From positions 1,054,001-1,118,000 of the forward strand of contig JAYWIR010000011.1 of the NCBI GenBank assembly GCA_036172245.1: DNA of 64,000 nucleotides. Direction: 5' to 3'. This DNA is from Raillietiella orientalis. Lineage: Eukaryota. Below are positions 48,600 to 60,599 of this stretch, piece after piece. The notes beneath the pieces were generated by a model. That model saw only the letters and a list, made by a program, of their open reading frames with translations, did not search any database and had not been told where the DNA came from. Both the position numbers and the translations under genes were made by a program. Every line of letters begins with the position of its first letter. Within the stretch, counting starts at the first letter, position 1.

Positions 48600-49660
48600 A
48601 GGGGACAGAAGAGAGGGGACAATAAATAAATAAATAAACGGAGGGTGGGGAGAGGGGTAACCAGTTTCGTCGTTTTCCCTTTTCAGAACTGGCTCTGAAT
48701 GCCGGCCAGCTTGAAGCCATCCTCATGTAGGCGGCTGCCATCACGATGACCTCCCTTTGCTGCGTCTGCGTCTCCAGCACTCGGCGGGTCGGGTCGTGAT
48801 GATGGCGCGGGCACATTTCGTTTGGATTGCTGTGCCTGCCGAGAGTCCGCCACGCGCGAAGAACCGCAGCAGCAGGTCACAGGCAATGTCCTGATGCAGG
48901 AACGCTGAAGCCAGTTTCCGTCAGAGTACGGTAGAGACAATCCTCTGGATCGACTCCACCGACCCGCATTTCACATAGTTCGGGGATGCAACCCCCCCGA
49001 AAATGAGGATGCCGGCGCTCTTTGCACTTGAATCCCCAGTGCAGAGAGAGCAGCACAGCCTGTTTCCAGAAGTGCAGAAAACAGAAGCGTCCAGACGTTG
49101 AGTAGGGACCAAAAGTTCTTAGGGGGCTACACTCAAAAGTTCACCTCACCGAAGGATTCCCTTCTCCTGGTGAAGCGAGGTAGCGGCATCCATCAACTCG
49201 CGTGTCTTCCAGCCGCCAAGCAGTCTGAAATGGTGCAGAGCTCCCACCTCGCCAGTAGGCTACTGTCATCGCTTGCCCTTGAGGCATGCAGAGCTGCAGT
49301 AAACGTGGACCACTTTGTCGAGTCCTGCTTCCAAAGGATGGCTGAGGAAGGGGCGGAGAGGACAAAGTTCCTCCGGGTGAATTCCCTGGTAAGAAGTACA
49401 CAACCGCCTCCTGTCTCCAAGAAGTAAAGTTCAGAGGGCGGCAGGAGATCCACAGATGAGCTTCCAGAAGGGAGGCGAGTTGCCTCAGGGGGGAGCCAAA
49501 AATCACCAGATCCTGGACCGACCTCATCATGCCTGATTGCCAGAGGAGCGACTGTTTGGAAGGCAGATCCGTACGGCGGAAGTGCACTAGATCGCGCACG
49601 CACCCGCTCCGGAAATAACTCGAACAGTCTCCTCAGAGTTTGAACGAAAGAGCAGGTACA
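48600..49660 (-). mobile_element. Tx1/L1-like LINE ORF2 3' portion (decayed)
   Basis: Homologous to 39080-40070. Ends REVIVMAAAYMRMASSWPAF followed by the TTTATTTATTGTCCCCTC UTR. Confidence 0.7.
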
Positions 49661-49719
49661 GGGCACTAAATCGAGGGGAAAGGGAAGAGAAGGAGCAACT
49701 CGGGCTAAACCATGCAGTT

Positions 49720-50003
49720 TGGGATGGTGCGCTTTACATTCCAGTTATGCCAAACTACTCAGCAGTATAAATAAGATTTGCGCAGGTAGATGGATAGAGA
49801 GATGTACGTGTAAATTTGCATGCATTGCTGGAAAAGTGAGGTGCTCACATGAGCAGGTTTCTCACCCGGGTGCCGTTGGACGTCGATACGTTGCTACACG
49901 CCTCACAAACAAACGCAAAGGTACGAGAACTACAGTATCAGTACACTGATTAATTCTCAGAAAGTTCTCGATATAACGTAGAGGGGAGAGGATAGTAGGG
50001 TCG
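49720..50003 (+). pseudogene. EVE: bunyavirus-type L polymerase, pre-motif A region
   Basis: (NK)DLRR*MDREMYV (DREMYV at 49793-49810)~K.Q.T..DREI(F/Y), then EQVSHPG~EMISEPG. Confidence 0.65.
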
Positions 50004-50030
50004 AAAAAAAAAATAAGCCTTAACCACAAG

Positions 50031-51074
50031 GCCCGCGTCGGAGGCCTTGTGGTTAAGGCTTCCGCGTGTGGCACCATGCGTCGCGGGTTCGAATACTTCG
50101 GCAGAAACTCTGACGCCACTGCGTTGTCGAGTTCCGAGTTTCTCCTGCAATGGCGCTGGTTGGCCGAGACATTCGGGCGTGGCACCGGAGGTGGATTAAG
50201 CCGGAGGCCCCCGATGAAGGCCGGGACAATGGGAGTCGACCTTCGGGTCCTCTCAGGAATCAAGGAGTGGGGAGTTTCCCCTCCTGTCCTGCAACGGAGA
50301 GCGGACCCTTCCCCACCGGGGGACCCTCCGAGTCGTCGCCTCTTCACAGAGTGCACAAGGAAGCGAGAGCGATTTCCTGCGGGAAGCTGCAGCGCCCCTT
50401 CTGAATTTCGGAAGCGTCCCTTCGGGATTCTCTTCAGAGGAGTGAACAAGGAGCGGTTCCCTTGCGGGTTCCCTCCGGAGAAGAAATTCCTACAAGCGGA
50501 TCCTTTCCGGGTTCCCTTCGGAGAAGTTGAAATGAAGTTGAAATGGAGAGGACAGCCCCTCCCCATTGGTGGGGGGGTGTCCCTCCGGAGAGAATGAGGA
50601 AGGAGATTCCCTTCGGGGTTCCCCTTCGGAGACAACCAGGGTGGGAGATGCGATCCCCCCGTCCGGGGTGATCCCTCCCCAAGAGTGAGAGGAACGGACT
50701 CCGAGCCCTTCCTGGATTCATAGGGCGGACCCCCATCCCGGGGTGCCCCCTATCCTGAAGAATTACACTGAAGATTACACGCCCCCCTGCGGGTTGCCGC
50801 GGGCAGAGGGGCGGAGAAACAAAATAGTGTGTTTAATGTTTAAAAAAAAAGAGCCATGTGCGCCGCGAGGCACGCGACCGGCTCTTGAGGTACTTAGAGA
50901 ACCAAAAAAAAGAAAACTCTTGTAAAAAAAAAAAAAAAAAGCTGAAAGAAAGCGAATAAGAACAGCAAAGTCAGAAGAAAAAGAAGAACCCAAGGATTTC
51001 CATCGTCCTAAGCCAATAGTAACGATCTCCTCGTGGGAGTTGCTACGGGCGTTTTGAAAAAAAATAAAAATAAA
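50031..51074 (+). mobile_element. Full-length tRNA-derived SINE inserted in the L EVE
   Basis: A-box GTGGTTAAGG, B-box GGTTCGAATAC and an A-rich tail. Highly similar to 18680-19755. Degenerate target-site duplication ending TAGGGTCG (49996-50003 / 51085-51092). Confidence 0.9.
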
Positions 51075-51092
51075 GGAGGATGAATAGGGTCG

Positions 51093-53600
51093 GAGCATTC
51101 AAAGACCGGAGGGTATCGAGAGGAGCGTTTCGCAAGAGAACCGTAAGCTTCTCGGATCTTCTCCCACTCGTGGTTTCCACTGGCGCCACCTTGCTCCTCA
51201 ACATATTTAATGCAGCCTAAAGCAGCACTAAAGTATTCGTGCGTCGTCAAGGGTCGCCAGCCGCCTTCTCTCCGACGACTTTTGCTCTCAGAATTCAGAA
51301 CCACATTTCCAATTCTATGTTGAATTCATTATCGAAGTCTCGCGCGCTTGTTTTCCTTAGGAATGGAATTCTCATTTCTCGTGACGACAAGAGAATTTCG
51401 ATTTTGCAGCAACAGTCGAGCATATCGGCACGAAGGGTGTGAAGGTTATCAGTAGGTCGATGAGGATTCCTCTGTTTGGCATAGATGCTGATATGCTCGT
51501 CAGAGGTTTCTGGAGCATCTGATATTCGCCTCCTCCAAGATCTGTGCATATTATCGCAATACCCCCTCCCCTCAAAAAAGGAAGACAAAAATCTCCAGTA
51601 CATGCTTAACAGCTTCCAGCAAATGGTTTACGCGTTTAACACTCCGATCGTGTTCAACGGTAGTAGGTGAAGGAGATGAAAGCGTAACAGCAATCACGTC
51701 TGCCCAATGTGCTGTGACCATTCATGAACACTCGTACGGTTGTACGAGCACGTGACCGAGCAAGAGAACTGCATCCGAGATCTGCTGGAAATTGCCACAG
51801 CAGAGCAAAAAAAACTAAGGCAGCTGGGAGGACGCGTTAGTTTTGCTAGCACTAGTCTACCGAGGACACTTCGAGGATACTCGGTCACTCCAGACATAGA
51901 TGTCATCAAAGTACACCAGAACGCTCGCTTCAAAGGGTGTTATCCGGAAGCATCTGCGCTGACACCACTTGCTCGGCCTATACAATATTCGCCTGCCAGG
52001 CAGAGACGCGTATCGCCCACCATCACACCCCGAGAATTGCGAACAACACGATGTGAAGCTTCTACCCAGTGTGTCCTGATGTATCTCTTCTGAAGTCATG
52101 CGATGTATTCTTTCCGGAAAACAAAAATGGAGTACCCCCGAGTGCTTGGAGCTTGGCTACGGGCACCTTCCACACTGGTGAAATCGTTTGTCCACAAGCC
52201 CGTATGACAGGTAGGTGACGTCTTCTCACCGTCACGTCACTTCATCGACGAAGCGCCAACTTCGCAGATGGGACTCCCCACGAAACGCAAGAGAAAGGTG
52301 GGAACTGCGTGCATACGCAGCTCAGCTTTCGCTGGTCACCGACTGGAAGAGGGGGTTCATTCTTCATTCGTGCGCCATGTGTGTGCGTGCAGAAGTCCAC
52401 GTTCCTCAGTCGGCGGCGCCTCCGGTGTTCCGGGCACGTTTCCATGCAAACGAACACCTCGGCAGATCTGCATCTGACGAACGGGTTGGAAGATGCAGTT
52501 GTGGAACGAACTCTCGGCACGTCTCACTCGATAATGAGCAGCGAGGCGTGTACAATTAGCAAGGTAAACTAAAAGCTTCTGGGCTACGCTTGCACGATGT
52601 TTTCATTCACTTCCGTGGCGCTTACCGCGGGGGGAGGGGGGAACGTCGAAACACAAAAGTCCTTTCGTTCCACTCCAAAAACACAATCATACAAACGAAT
52701 GACGCAAAGCAGATGTCCGGTTCAGTGATGCAGCAAATGGGCTACACGACGGGACGAAAACTCCTTCTGGGCACGTTCCTTGGCTGTGGAAGCAAATGTG
52801 GCATCGGGTCCGCGAGGGATGAGGCTGCCTCTGCCGGACCCAAACAGCCGAGATGGAAATTCGCGGATGAATAATTCGGGAGTCAAAAGCCTCCTGCCGA
52901 AAGACAAATTGCTCGATTCGATGGGTTGATAAGGTCTTAACCAAGCGGCTATGTTCTCCCCAGCAGTATCTCACAGAGAAGAGTGGCTAAAAAATCGCGA
53001 CTGCAGGAAGTCACGCATTTCCACTCTTCCTAAACGAATGCAAACACTCAGAGAATGAATGCACGGAACTTGCATCAAATAATGGGAAAAGTAATCTGAT
53101 ATTCTTTAAAATACATTTTCTTTCATGAAGATTAGCAATGTAGCACCTTCTCGTCCTTGATGGTTCGTCTCCTCTGATCGAAATGACCAGCCAAATCAAT
53201 AAACCTTTAGGGGATGCTGTGCACTCATCTCCCGTTCTTTACTACGATATGTGGACAACTGTGCTTTACAATTCTACCGCAGCATCCCTAGACGAATGCA
53301 TCCGAAGAATTATTCTTTTCTGCAAAGTTTGTAAGAAGCCGTTTCGAAAACTGAAATCAGCAATCATCAGCGAGACAAAAGAAGCAAACATATGCCACGA
53401 GTTGGTTGAAATGATCAATCTTTTCAGACCGAATTGAAGGATAAGAAAAAACTGGTCGTTGGTCCAGAGTTTACTTGAAAGGCGGGCATGATCCAGCACT
53501 GCAGAGCGATCAATCCTGGAGGACGAGGAAACTGCAACTTTCTACCACTAACGCACGTTCAAAGTCACAGAAAACAGTGGTAGCATCTGCAATTGTACCT
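51093..53600 (+). pseudogene. EVE: bunyavirus-type L polymerase, motifs B-D and C-terminal region, frameshifted
   Basis: SQENRKLLGSS~QGNLN..SS (motif B); VASRLLSDDF (motif C SDD, ~51270); VFLRNGILISRDDK~ACLTFGCQANMKK (motif D); RIPLFG..GASDIRLL; VIKVHQNARFKGCY..IQYS~VIFRYNSKRFKESL..ILFS. Confidence 0.65.
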
Positions 53601-53965
53601 TAGGTAATGAAGAACACACATAAACATGAATAAAAAAAAAAAAAAAAAAACGTCGGCCTGACATTAAAAAAAATCGTGAAAAACTGTAAATAGTATTTTT
53701 ATAAAAGAAACTTTATGTTAAATAACATCTTGAGAAAATCCTCTTCCAAACTATTCTGGAGATGAATCAGTGGATGCATTATGTGTTCAAAATTTTTATT
53801 CAAATGTCCAATAAATATAAAATTGAAGAAAACTGATTTACAAATATATCGTGTTTTCGTTTAATAACAAACCTCAAATATTAATTTGCATAACGTAATG
53901 AGCCTTCTTTTGTAGAAAAAAAAAAAAAATTACAACTTTTTATCCTGCTTCAATAATCGATTTTC

Positions 53966-54059
53966 TCAAAATACTGGATGTATGAGAGTTAAGAAGATGA
54001 TTAGAATGGTGACCACAATTAAACAGAAGGGTAACCACGTCTTCACAATGGAAGATACA
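53966..54059 (-). CDS. TMEM222: TMEM222 coding exon 4
   Basis: tttcag acceptor; (S)VSSIVKTWLPFCLIVVTILIIFLTLIHPVF*. Confidence 0.93.
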
Positions 54060-57000
54060 CTGAAATAAAACACTCAGTAACTTACATTCTTTTAAACAGT
54101 AACATTTATTAATTTTCGGAAAACGCTAAACATGAAAGGAAATGTAAAATTACCTCACATATTTACCATGAATTGAAAGCAGTACTACTAATTTGCACAT
54201 GTTCCATGAGGTGCAGTGATCGTACTGCATTTTATTAAGGGCCATCGCAACATGTGAGTGGCAGTTGTCCCACAGAAGATAATGCTAAATAAAATAGGAC
54301 AGCCAGATCACTAACTGCATGATTTCCTCTCAAACTACTTCATACAAATGTGTGCTTGAATCTTTTGCTCAATGAATTATGCAAGATAATGCACTGCAAC
54401 ATCACAAATGCCATCCACAACATCACAAAATCATCTAACCAAAAAATCTCAAATACAAAAAATCTCAATCTTTGACAAGAATGCTGTGACAATGTGAATC
54501 TGCTCTGTATAACGGGGACAGCCACACATAAACCAACGAAATAACACCACCCTTATAAAGAACAGAATTAGAGTTTACATTCAATATTTACATCATCCAA
54601 ACTTCCATCTATAATGATGTACCATTTCAGTAGACACCACCATTACATAACACAACTCTGCTCAGCAAGAAAGTAGGCGAATAATTAAAAACGCGATAAA
54701 ATGCATATTTAAATATTTTACATTCATTCAAATTGCTTATTTCCATTTGTATGTACTAAAATATGGAAGATGTATAAGAAATTGAAATGCTTCTGAAATA
54801 CTGGAAAAAAAATTACATCTATTTTTTCCAAAACGGTTTCCAAATTGCAGAACAAAAGTTTCCCAAGAAAGGAAATTTACAGAAGAATAACATTTTGCCG
54901 AGACACATTTAATTAATATTAGGGTAAATGAGCTTTTAGCAAGCTAGAAAAAAAAGGCTTGAGAGATGAGGAATCCCAATGGGCCTGTATGGTGTTCAAA
55001 GAAAACTATTTCCTGATTACTTAATCCTGAATCGAAAATAGGAAAAAACACTCATTCCAAACATACCATATGATTAATACTGGTAACCTACATCACATTA
55101 TTATATAACCCACATCCTTTCTTATATCCTACATCAAGTGATTTCAAACTTCCCCACGAAAATGAATTCGAATTTAGGAACTGTTTGGAAGCAAATGCAC
55201 TGTTAAGTAGGCTAGAATAATTGAAGACATGTTTTTGCCAAATCAATACATGTGTAAACAAAAGACAGCATTTGTATTTATAAGTATAATTTTTAAATGA
55301 AATGACGCAAAACGAAACTAATATTGGTGCTAGTATATGAAAACACAAAGGAACTAACTGTATGAAATGCTGAAATAAGGAGATAATGGCAACAAGCCAT
55401 TTCAAAGTACACCAACTTCATTTTTTTTTTTAAAGTCACATTTTTAATACCATCTGCCATGAGGACTTAATTCACAACAATTGCAACTAAAATGATCTAT
55501 GAATTAATTAATTTAGTTGACAACTGGCAGAACTAGAATAATGTCCATGACAAAGAAATTTCTGAATCATGTGCTGCAATCCTTTATTTCCATCAAATGT
55601 ACCCAACTTGAACACATTTGAAATATTTTTTTATATAAAGCTTGATTACTGCAAGAATGTGCATCTCAGGCAAGCTTCTTGATCCTCTAGGAAAACAAAA
55701 AGCGATTGCATGGTGAACATCATGAAAATCTCACATGCAGACAAGAGCATGTATGCATGCAAACACAGGATGCATTTGCTACCATCAAAACATCTCAGGA
55801 ACATCTAATTTGATGCCAGGGGAACTTAAAGACTACACTTATGACATTACAAAATGACACTGCATCAAATTCAATTACAGAAACTAAAATACTACTAATG
55901 TACACTTTCACATTTAAAAAACTGATCAACAAATATGAAAATCTAAAGATCTTGCTATTTTTTGGAATGAATCATGCTTTGCAATCACAATGTTTAATTT
56001 CAGACTGAGTTTTTAAGAAATCCTATAAATAGATACATTAAATCTAAAACAACACATAATCTAACTTTTCATTGATAAGAACAGAGAATAAAGTAGATTC
56101 ATATGTGGCACTAATTACACCGAATTTTAATGATTTTTACTTTAAAATCACAAGTGTACAAAAGAATTAACAGTGATTACTCATGTAAATGTCGATTGTA
56201 TTTAACATTCCCCATTCAAAATCCATTTTGAGAATAATGACTGAGAAAAACATCATAGGTATAGCTACTGCAGAAACAAAGACACTGTGAAAAAGGCCCT
56301 TTCCTGGACTTGACAAGCAAATGCTATGAAAAACTCGGATATCAGCAAAAAATGATTGTAAATTACCTTCAACCCAGATAAAACAAAAAAATTAAATAGA
56401 GCACACTCATGGAATCAAATGGTTTGATACTGTGATCATGGGCTATGTTGAATGGGTTTGTTCTCTATATCTTTTATTAGCATTACTGGAAAGAAGAAAA
56501 TCGCTGAAAAAATGCCAAATAGGATCTGGATTCATCTAAAAATTCAACACCAATGTAGGGCTCATGAATCAAATTATTTGTGTGAAATGTAGAGGTTTTC
56601 TCTTTTTGGTCTTTTTCATCAATGGGCATTCAAGATTCATTTTTTAAAACAAAGATTTTTGTTCATTCAGATTCTGCAGAAAGTAAAAAAGTATAAATGC
56701 AATGTCCTTATTTCTAAATGATCTTATCTTGTCTTACCAATTGTATTTTAATAACTTTATAAAAAAACAACACAAAGTTTTTCTGAATTGTTACTTATAC
56801 AGTTTGCATGCCTGAATCAATTCTGCCAAATAACAAGGCAGTTTTCTGCTTTCTTTTCCTCATTTGAAAAAAATAAAACATAAAACCTTCAGTATCAAAA
56901 ATCTAATCCAAGTCTTAAATGGTTGCAGTAAAACCTTAACTTGATAATGCAAACAATAAAATAATCCAATAAAATTTCAAGTAGGGCTTAAAAATACGTT

Positions 57001-58177
57001 AAATTTACTTGGTCCAAGACATGAGTTATAAAAAATGCTTTTGAAGAATGAAAATGAAAAATCAAATGCACACAACCATCACAAAAAAGATAGTCTCAAC
57101 AAGCACAAACTATGTTGTTATAAAATTAATGCATGACTTTACATTAGGTAGATGAAACAAATGAACATGAACCATGTTTTATAATGAAACAAATGAAAAT
57201 CACCAAATGAAAAGTAAACAGTACTGTCAATCAAAGTATCCTTCAGATAATCTGACCAAAACTTGAAGGAACAAAACAAAATTTCCTAAGTTTGACAACT
57301 GATTTACTTAACTGCTGTAAAACCAGTCTAAAACATTCTCAGGAGTATGGGTCATGGTTTTTGGGTACTTTCTATCAAAAGCAAGAAAGTTATAAAAAGC
57401 TTTTGATGTTTCAAATGTATAGGGCAATCTTGGTTATATTTGCTTAAACATTTGTGAACCTGAACAAATACTAATTTCTCTCATTTGGAAAAACCTGTAT
57501 GGTCTATTCATGTGTATTAGCATATATACAAAACTCACACAATGTCCTTCATATACTTCTGAAGCATCAGCTATTGCTTTGTCCCATGCATCCATTCCTC
57601 CAACAACACGTTTCTCATCTAACTGCCAATATTTTGTTGGTTTACCAAAAGCCATATCATCTTCAGAAACAAAGTAGGAGCCAGCAAAGTCTCTAATCAC
57701 TCCAGTAGATGTGCCTATACCCATGTGTCCAATCCATGGTAGAAACCATCTACAAGCATAAAAAACGTGCGATGAGTTTTCTTCTTCCTAAAATATTTTT
57801 AAGTATTACTTTCAATAGAACAAAAATTTCACGCCTTCATAGCCACTTGTATGGCTATGTTATTTATCTTATTTGTTCTCTGCCTCTCAAATTGCCAATG
57901 CTCGATTATGCATCACAGAATTCTAGATTAATGCTTAAAGACGTGAAGCATGTGATACAATTTTCCATAAAATAATCATTTGTACATATGTCATCTAAGT
58001 GAACAAAAGCAACCAAGATTCTCCAGAGCCATTTCAGCAACAGTTTTTGTATTAACCCAAAATGCTAAATAAGCTTTTAAAGTAACCATTTAAAATTACC
58101 TACGTGATACAGGGTATTGGAGTCCAAACAATACAAAAGGGAAACCTAGAATTTTTGACATCTATGGAACTCGACAT
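53966..58177 (-). CDS. TMEM222: Transmembrane protein 222 (DUF778), 4 coding exons, 169 aa: join complement(58104-58177, 57539-57749, 54154-54284, 53966-54059)
   Basis: All introns are GT..AG with consistent phases (74+211+131+94=510 nt). Protein MSSSIDVKNSRFPFCIVWTPIPCITWFLPWIGHMGIGTSTGVIRDFAGSYFVSEDDMAFGKPTKYW..WDKA..DNCHSHVAMALN..WNM..GKYVS..KTWLPF is the TMEM222 signature. Confidence 0.96.
54154..54284 (-). CDS. TMEM222: TMEM222 coding exon 3
   Basis: atttag acceptor, gtaatt donor; HYLLWDNCHSHVAMALNKMQYDHCTSWNMCKLVVLLSIHGKYV. Confidence 0.95.
57539..57749 (-). CDS. TMEM222: TMEM222 coding exon 2
   Basis: ttgtag acceptor, gtgagt donor; WFLPWIGHMGIG..RDFAG..EVYEGHC. Confidence 0.96.
58104..58177 (-). 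CDS. TMEM222: TMEM222 coding exon 1
   Basis: ATG at 58177, gtaggt donor; MSSSIDVKNSRFPFCIVWTPIPCI. Confidence 0.92.
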
Positions 58178-60599
58178 TATCCTTATGTATACGCGTAGAA
58201 AATATTAATGAAATGTTTACATTAGGACATAATACTCCTGCTCCGTAATGAAATTACGAATTCATGTATGAGATTGAAGTCTTCACTTAGTTCTTCACTT
58301 ATAAATGCAAACGGATGATTTTAAAGTGATTTCATCGTGAGAGGAAAGTTTCGTGAGATCTGAACGACCTTTGGGCTTCAATGAGCTCAACGAAACTTTA
58401 CATGACGGCTCAACGCTGCCTTGATTTACGAATGCTCAACTTGCTCCTGATGAGCACATAGAAATAAGGCAATGGAAAAAGCCGATATGAAGGATTATAA
58501 CTTTCCACGCCGGCAACAACGATAAATGAAAATTCCCACTACTATTTCTGGTCTTCTTCATTTAGATCAATTCGTCTGCTAGTTGGTCAGTTCCCCACCG
58601 ACCACCAACTTTACCCGAGCTTACTGCATTCTCTAGTCGAAGCTGCAAAAGAAAACCGGCAAAATGGGATCGTTTTTTCCCCTTTCCTTTTCCTTTTTGG
58701 TTTTCGTTTGGCTACGGTTCGTTCTATATGACGGAAACGGGCATTAGGCTTGTAAAACAGCCCACCAGTTCTTGGCTTTCATAGACCTAAGGAAACTGCT
58801 CGTCACACCACTCAGGCATTTGTACAGAAAAGAGAAGGAAAAGAATGGACCCAAGAAGGGAGGAGCTTGTTTGACTGATGTGTAGAAACATTTCAGGGGG
58901 TCTCCTTTATGCCTCACCGATAAAACCAGCAGTTTCGAAAAGCTAACAGCAAGTGAAAAAGGTCCGTGTCGGAAATTTTTGAAATTTTTTTTAAAAATCT
59001 TTCAAATTGCTGCATGCTGAGAAGAGCCTTGGAAGATGTTCTTATTTCAAACAAAACTGGGACTGACTTTTTAATAGCACGAACAAAAATGGCGATCCAG
59101 TGCAGAAACCAGCATTGGTACAAAAGTATCCATTACCCAGAATAAATGGAATGGGAACAAAACGTCATGGAAAACCCATACTTCCGATTCCCGGACTGCA
59201 GGGAACGGAACCTTGCCCCCCACGATTTTTTTATATAAAACAAAATCTACCCTGAAATCTCTAGCTGTAGAAGACGAACGTACCCACGTCAGTCAAAGAC
59301 GAAAATTCCAGCATCTTACCCAGAAGTATGCCTTTCGAGAACGTAATCATCAAGAAGTCTCCTTATTATGTGAATTGCATAAAATCTGCATGTCGTCGAT
59401 ACACTTCCAATTTCTTGAAGAACCGCTAGCCTTAAAAATCGATCTTGTTGATGTAAAAAAAAGAAACTCAAGGACATGATGGAAAGCTGTCTAGTGGAAT
59501 CTTTGTGCCTTCTAGATGGAAGGAGTTACCGATTTGGTCTTAAAGAAAGCTGACCTTTTTCACAATACTATTGAGGCATTCTCTGAATGCATTTAAAGAC
59601 ATTTGATTTGTGAAATTTTAAAAAGTACAAGAAATAGATCCCGCTGTTTAGACCGACAAGGGAGCACTAGCAAGTGGGAATATTATATAGGTCTCGTATC
59701 AGTTAAAGATAGTCATTTGGATTCATAAAACATTTTAACATTGATTGATGGGCTATCTGAGGGAAAATTCATGACAGGATTCCCACACTCGAATTTCCAA
59801 TACAATCATGCGTTAGGATTGCCATTGGTTTTATCGATTCTAACGAAGTTAGCCGAATATCCGAATAGTCTGGCCTACTTGCTCCACAGGCTGAGCCATA
59901 GTGCTCGAACAAAGGTCTTATGAAGTGTATATGTAAGAGTAGTGCACTGCCGCTTTTATGAAGATCCCCTTACCTTTAGACAAACTGATTATCAAAAAAA
60001 TAAATTAGGATGCAGTGATTGCAAGGATCTCAGAAAGCACAGCGAAAGGACACCTTGATGTGCCGATGAAAGAAGTAAAAAAATAATAATAATAATTCAA
60101 TGCAGATTTTGTTTAAAAGCCATACTCATTTGTTTCCTTCTGAAGTGCCTCCAAATGAAACATCTTATGGTAACATATATTAACGATCATATATTGTCAT
60201 AGTATCGCCAACAAAAATATGTTTCCAAAACATGAAGGGTCCTTATCCTCGTTGCATCAAAACAAGCATCGCTTTTATTCTGAAGTCTTTGGAAGATATT
60301 TCACATATTGATCTCGAGTGTGCTGATTTATTTCCCCAGCTCCATAACTGTGTAAACAAGAATGAGCAAATAGCAACACATCAAGAATTATTTTGCACTT
60401 TTTAAGAATGAATATCCTACAACTCCTTTTTTTAGGTAGTAAGAAACGTCATACCTCACATGATTACATGATAATTCATGGATAATTTTCAATGCAAGCA
60501 TCAACTTTTCATGAAACTTTTCTTCTATTGTGGAACTTTTTCGAGAAATTTATTTTAACTTTTTTTTTTTGTGTATAGGTTATTACATGGTTTTCTCCT

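Noticed and set aside
50031..50103. tRNA gene
   Set aside because: A and B boxes are present, but there is no complete cloverleaf and it is fused to a 1 kb repeat body with an A-rich tail; it is a SINE head.
52300..52820. Mononegavirus L capping/methyltransferase motifs (GHR, HSCAMC, GCGS)
   Set aside because: The spacing and frames are wrong, and the upstream DRE and SDD motifs indicate a segmented-virus (bunya-type) polymerase.
58417..58471. Hammerhead ribozyme (CTGATGA..GAAA); similar spacing at ~2609
   Set aside because: Stems I and II cannot form around the core in either case.
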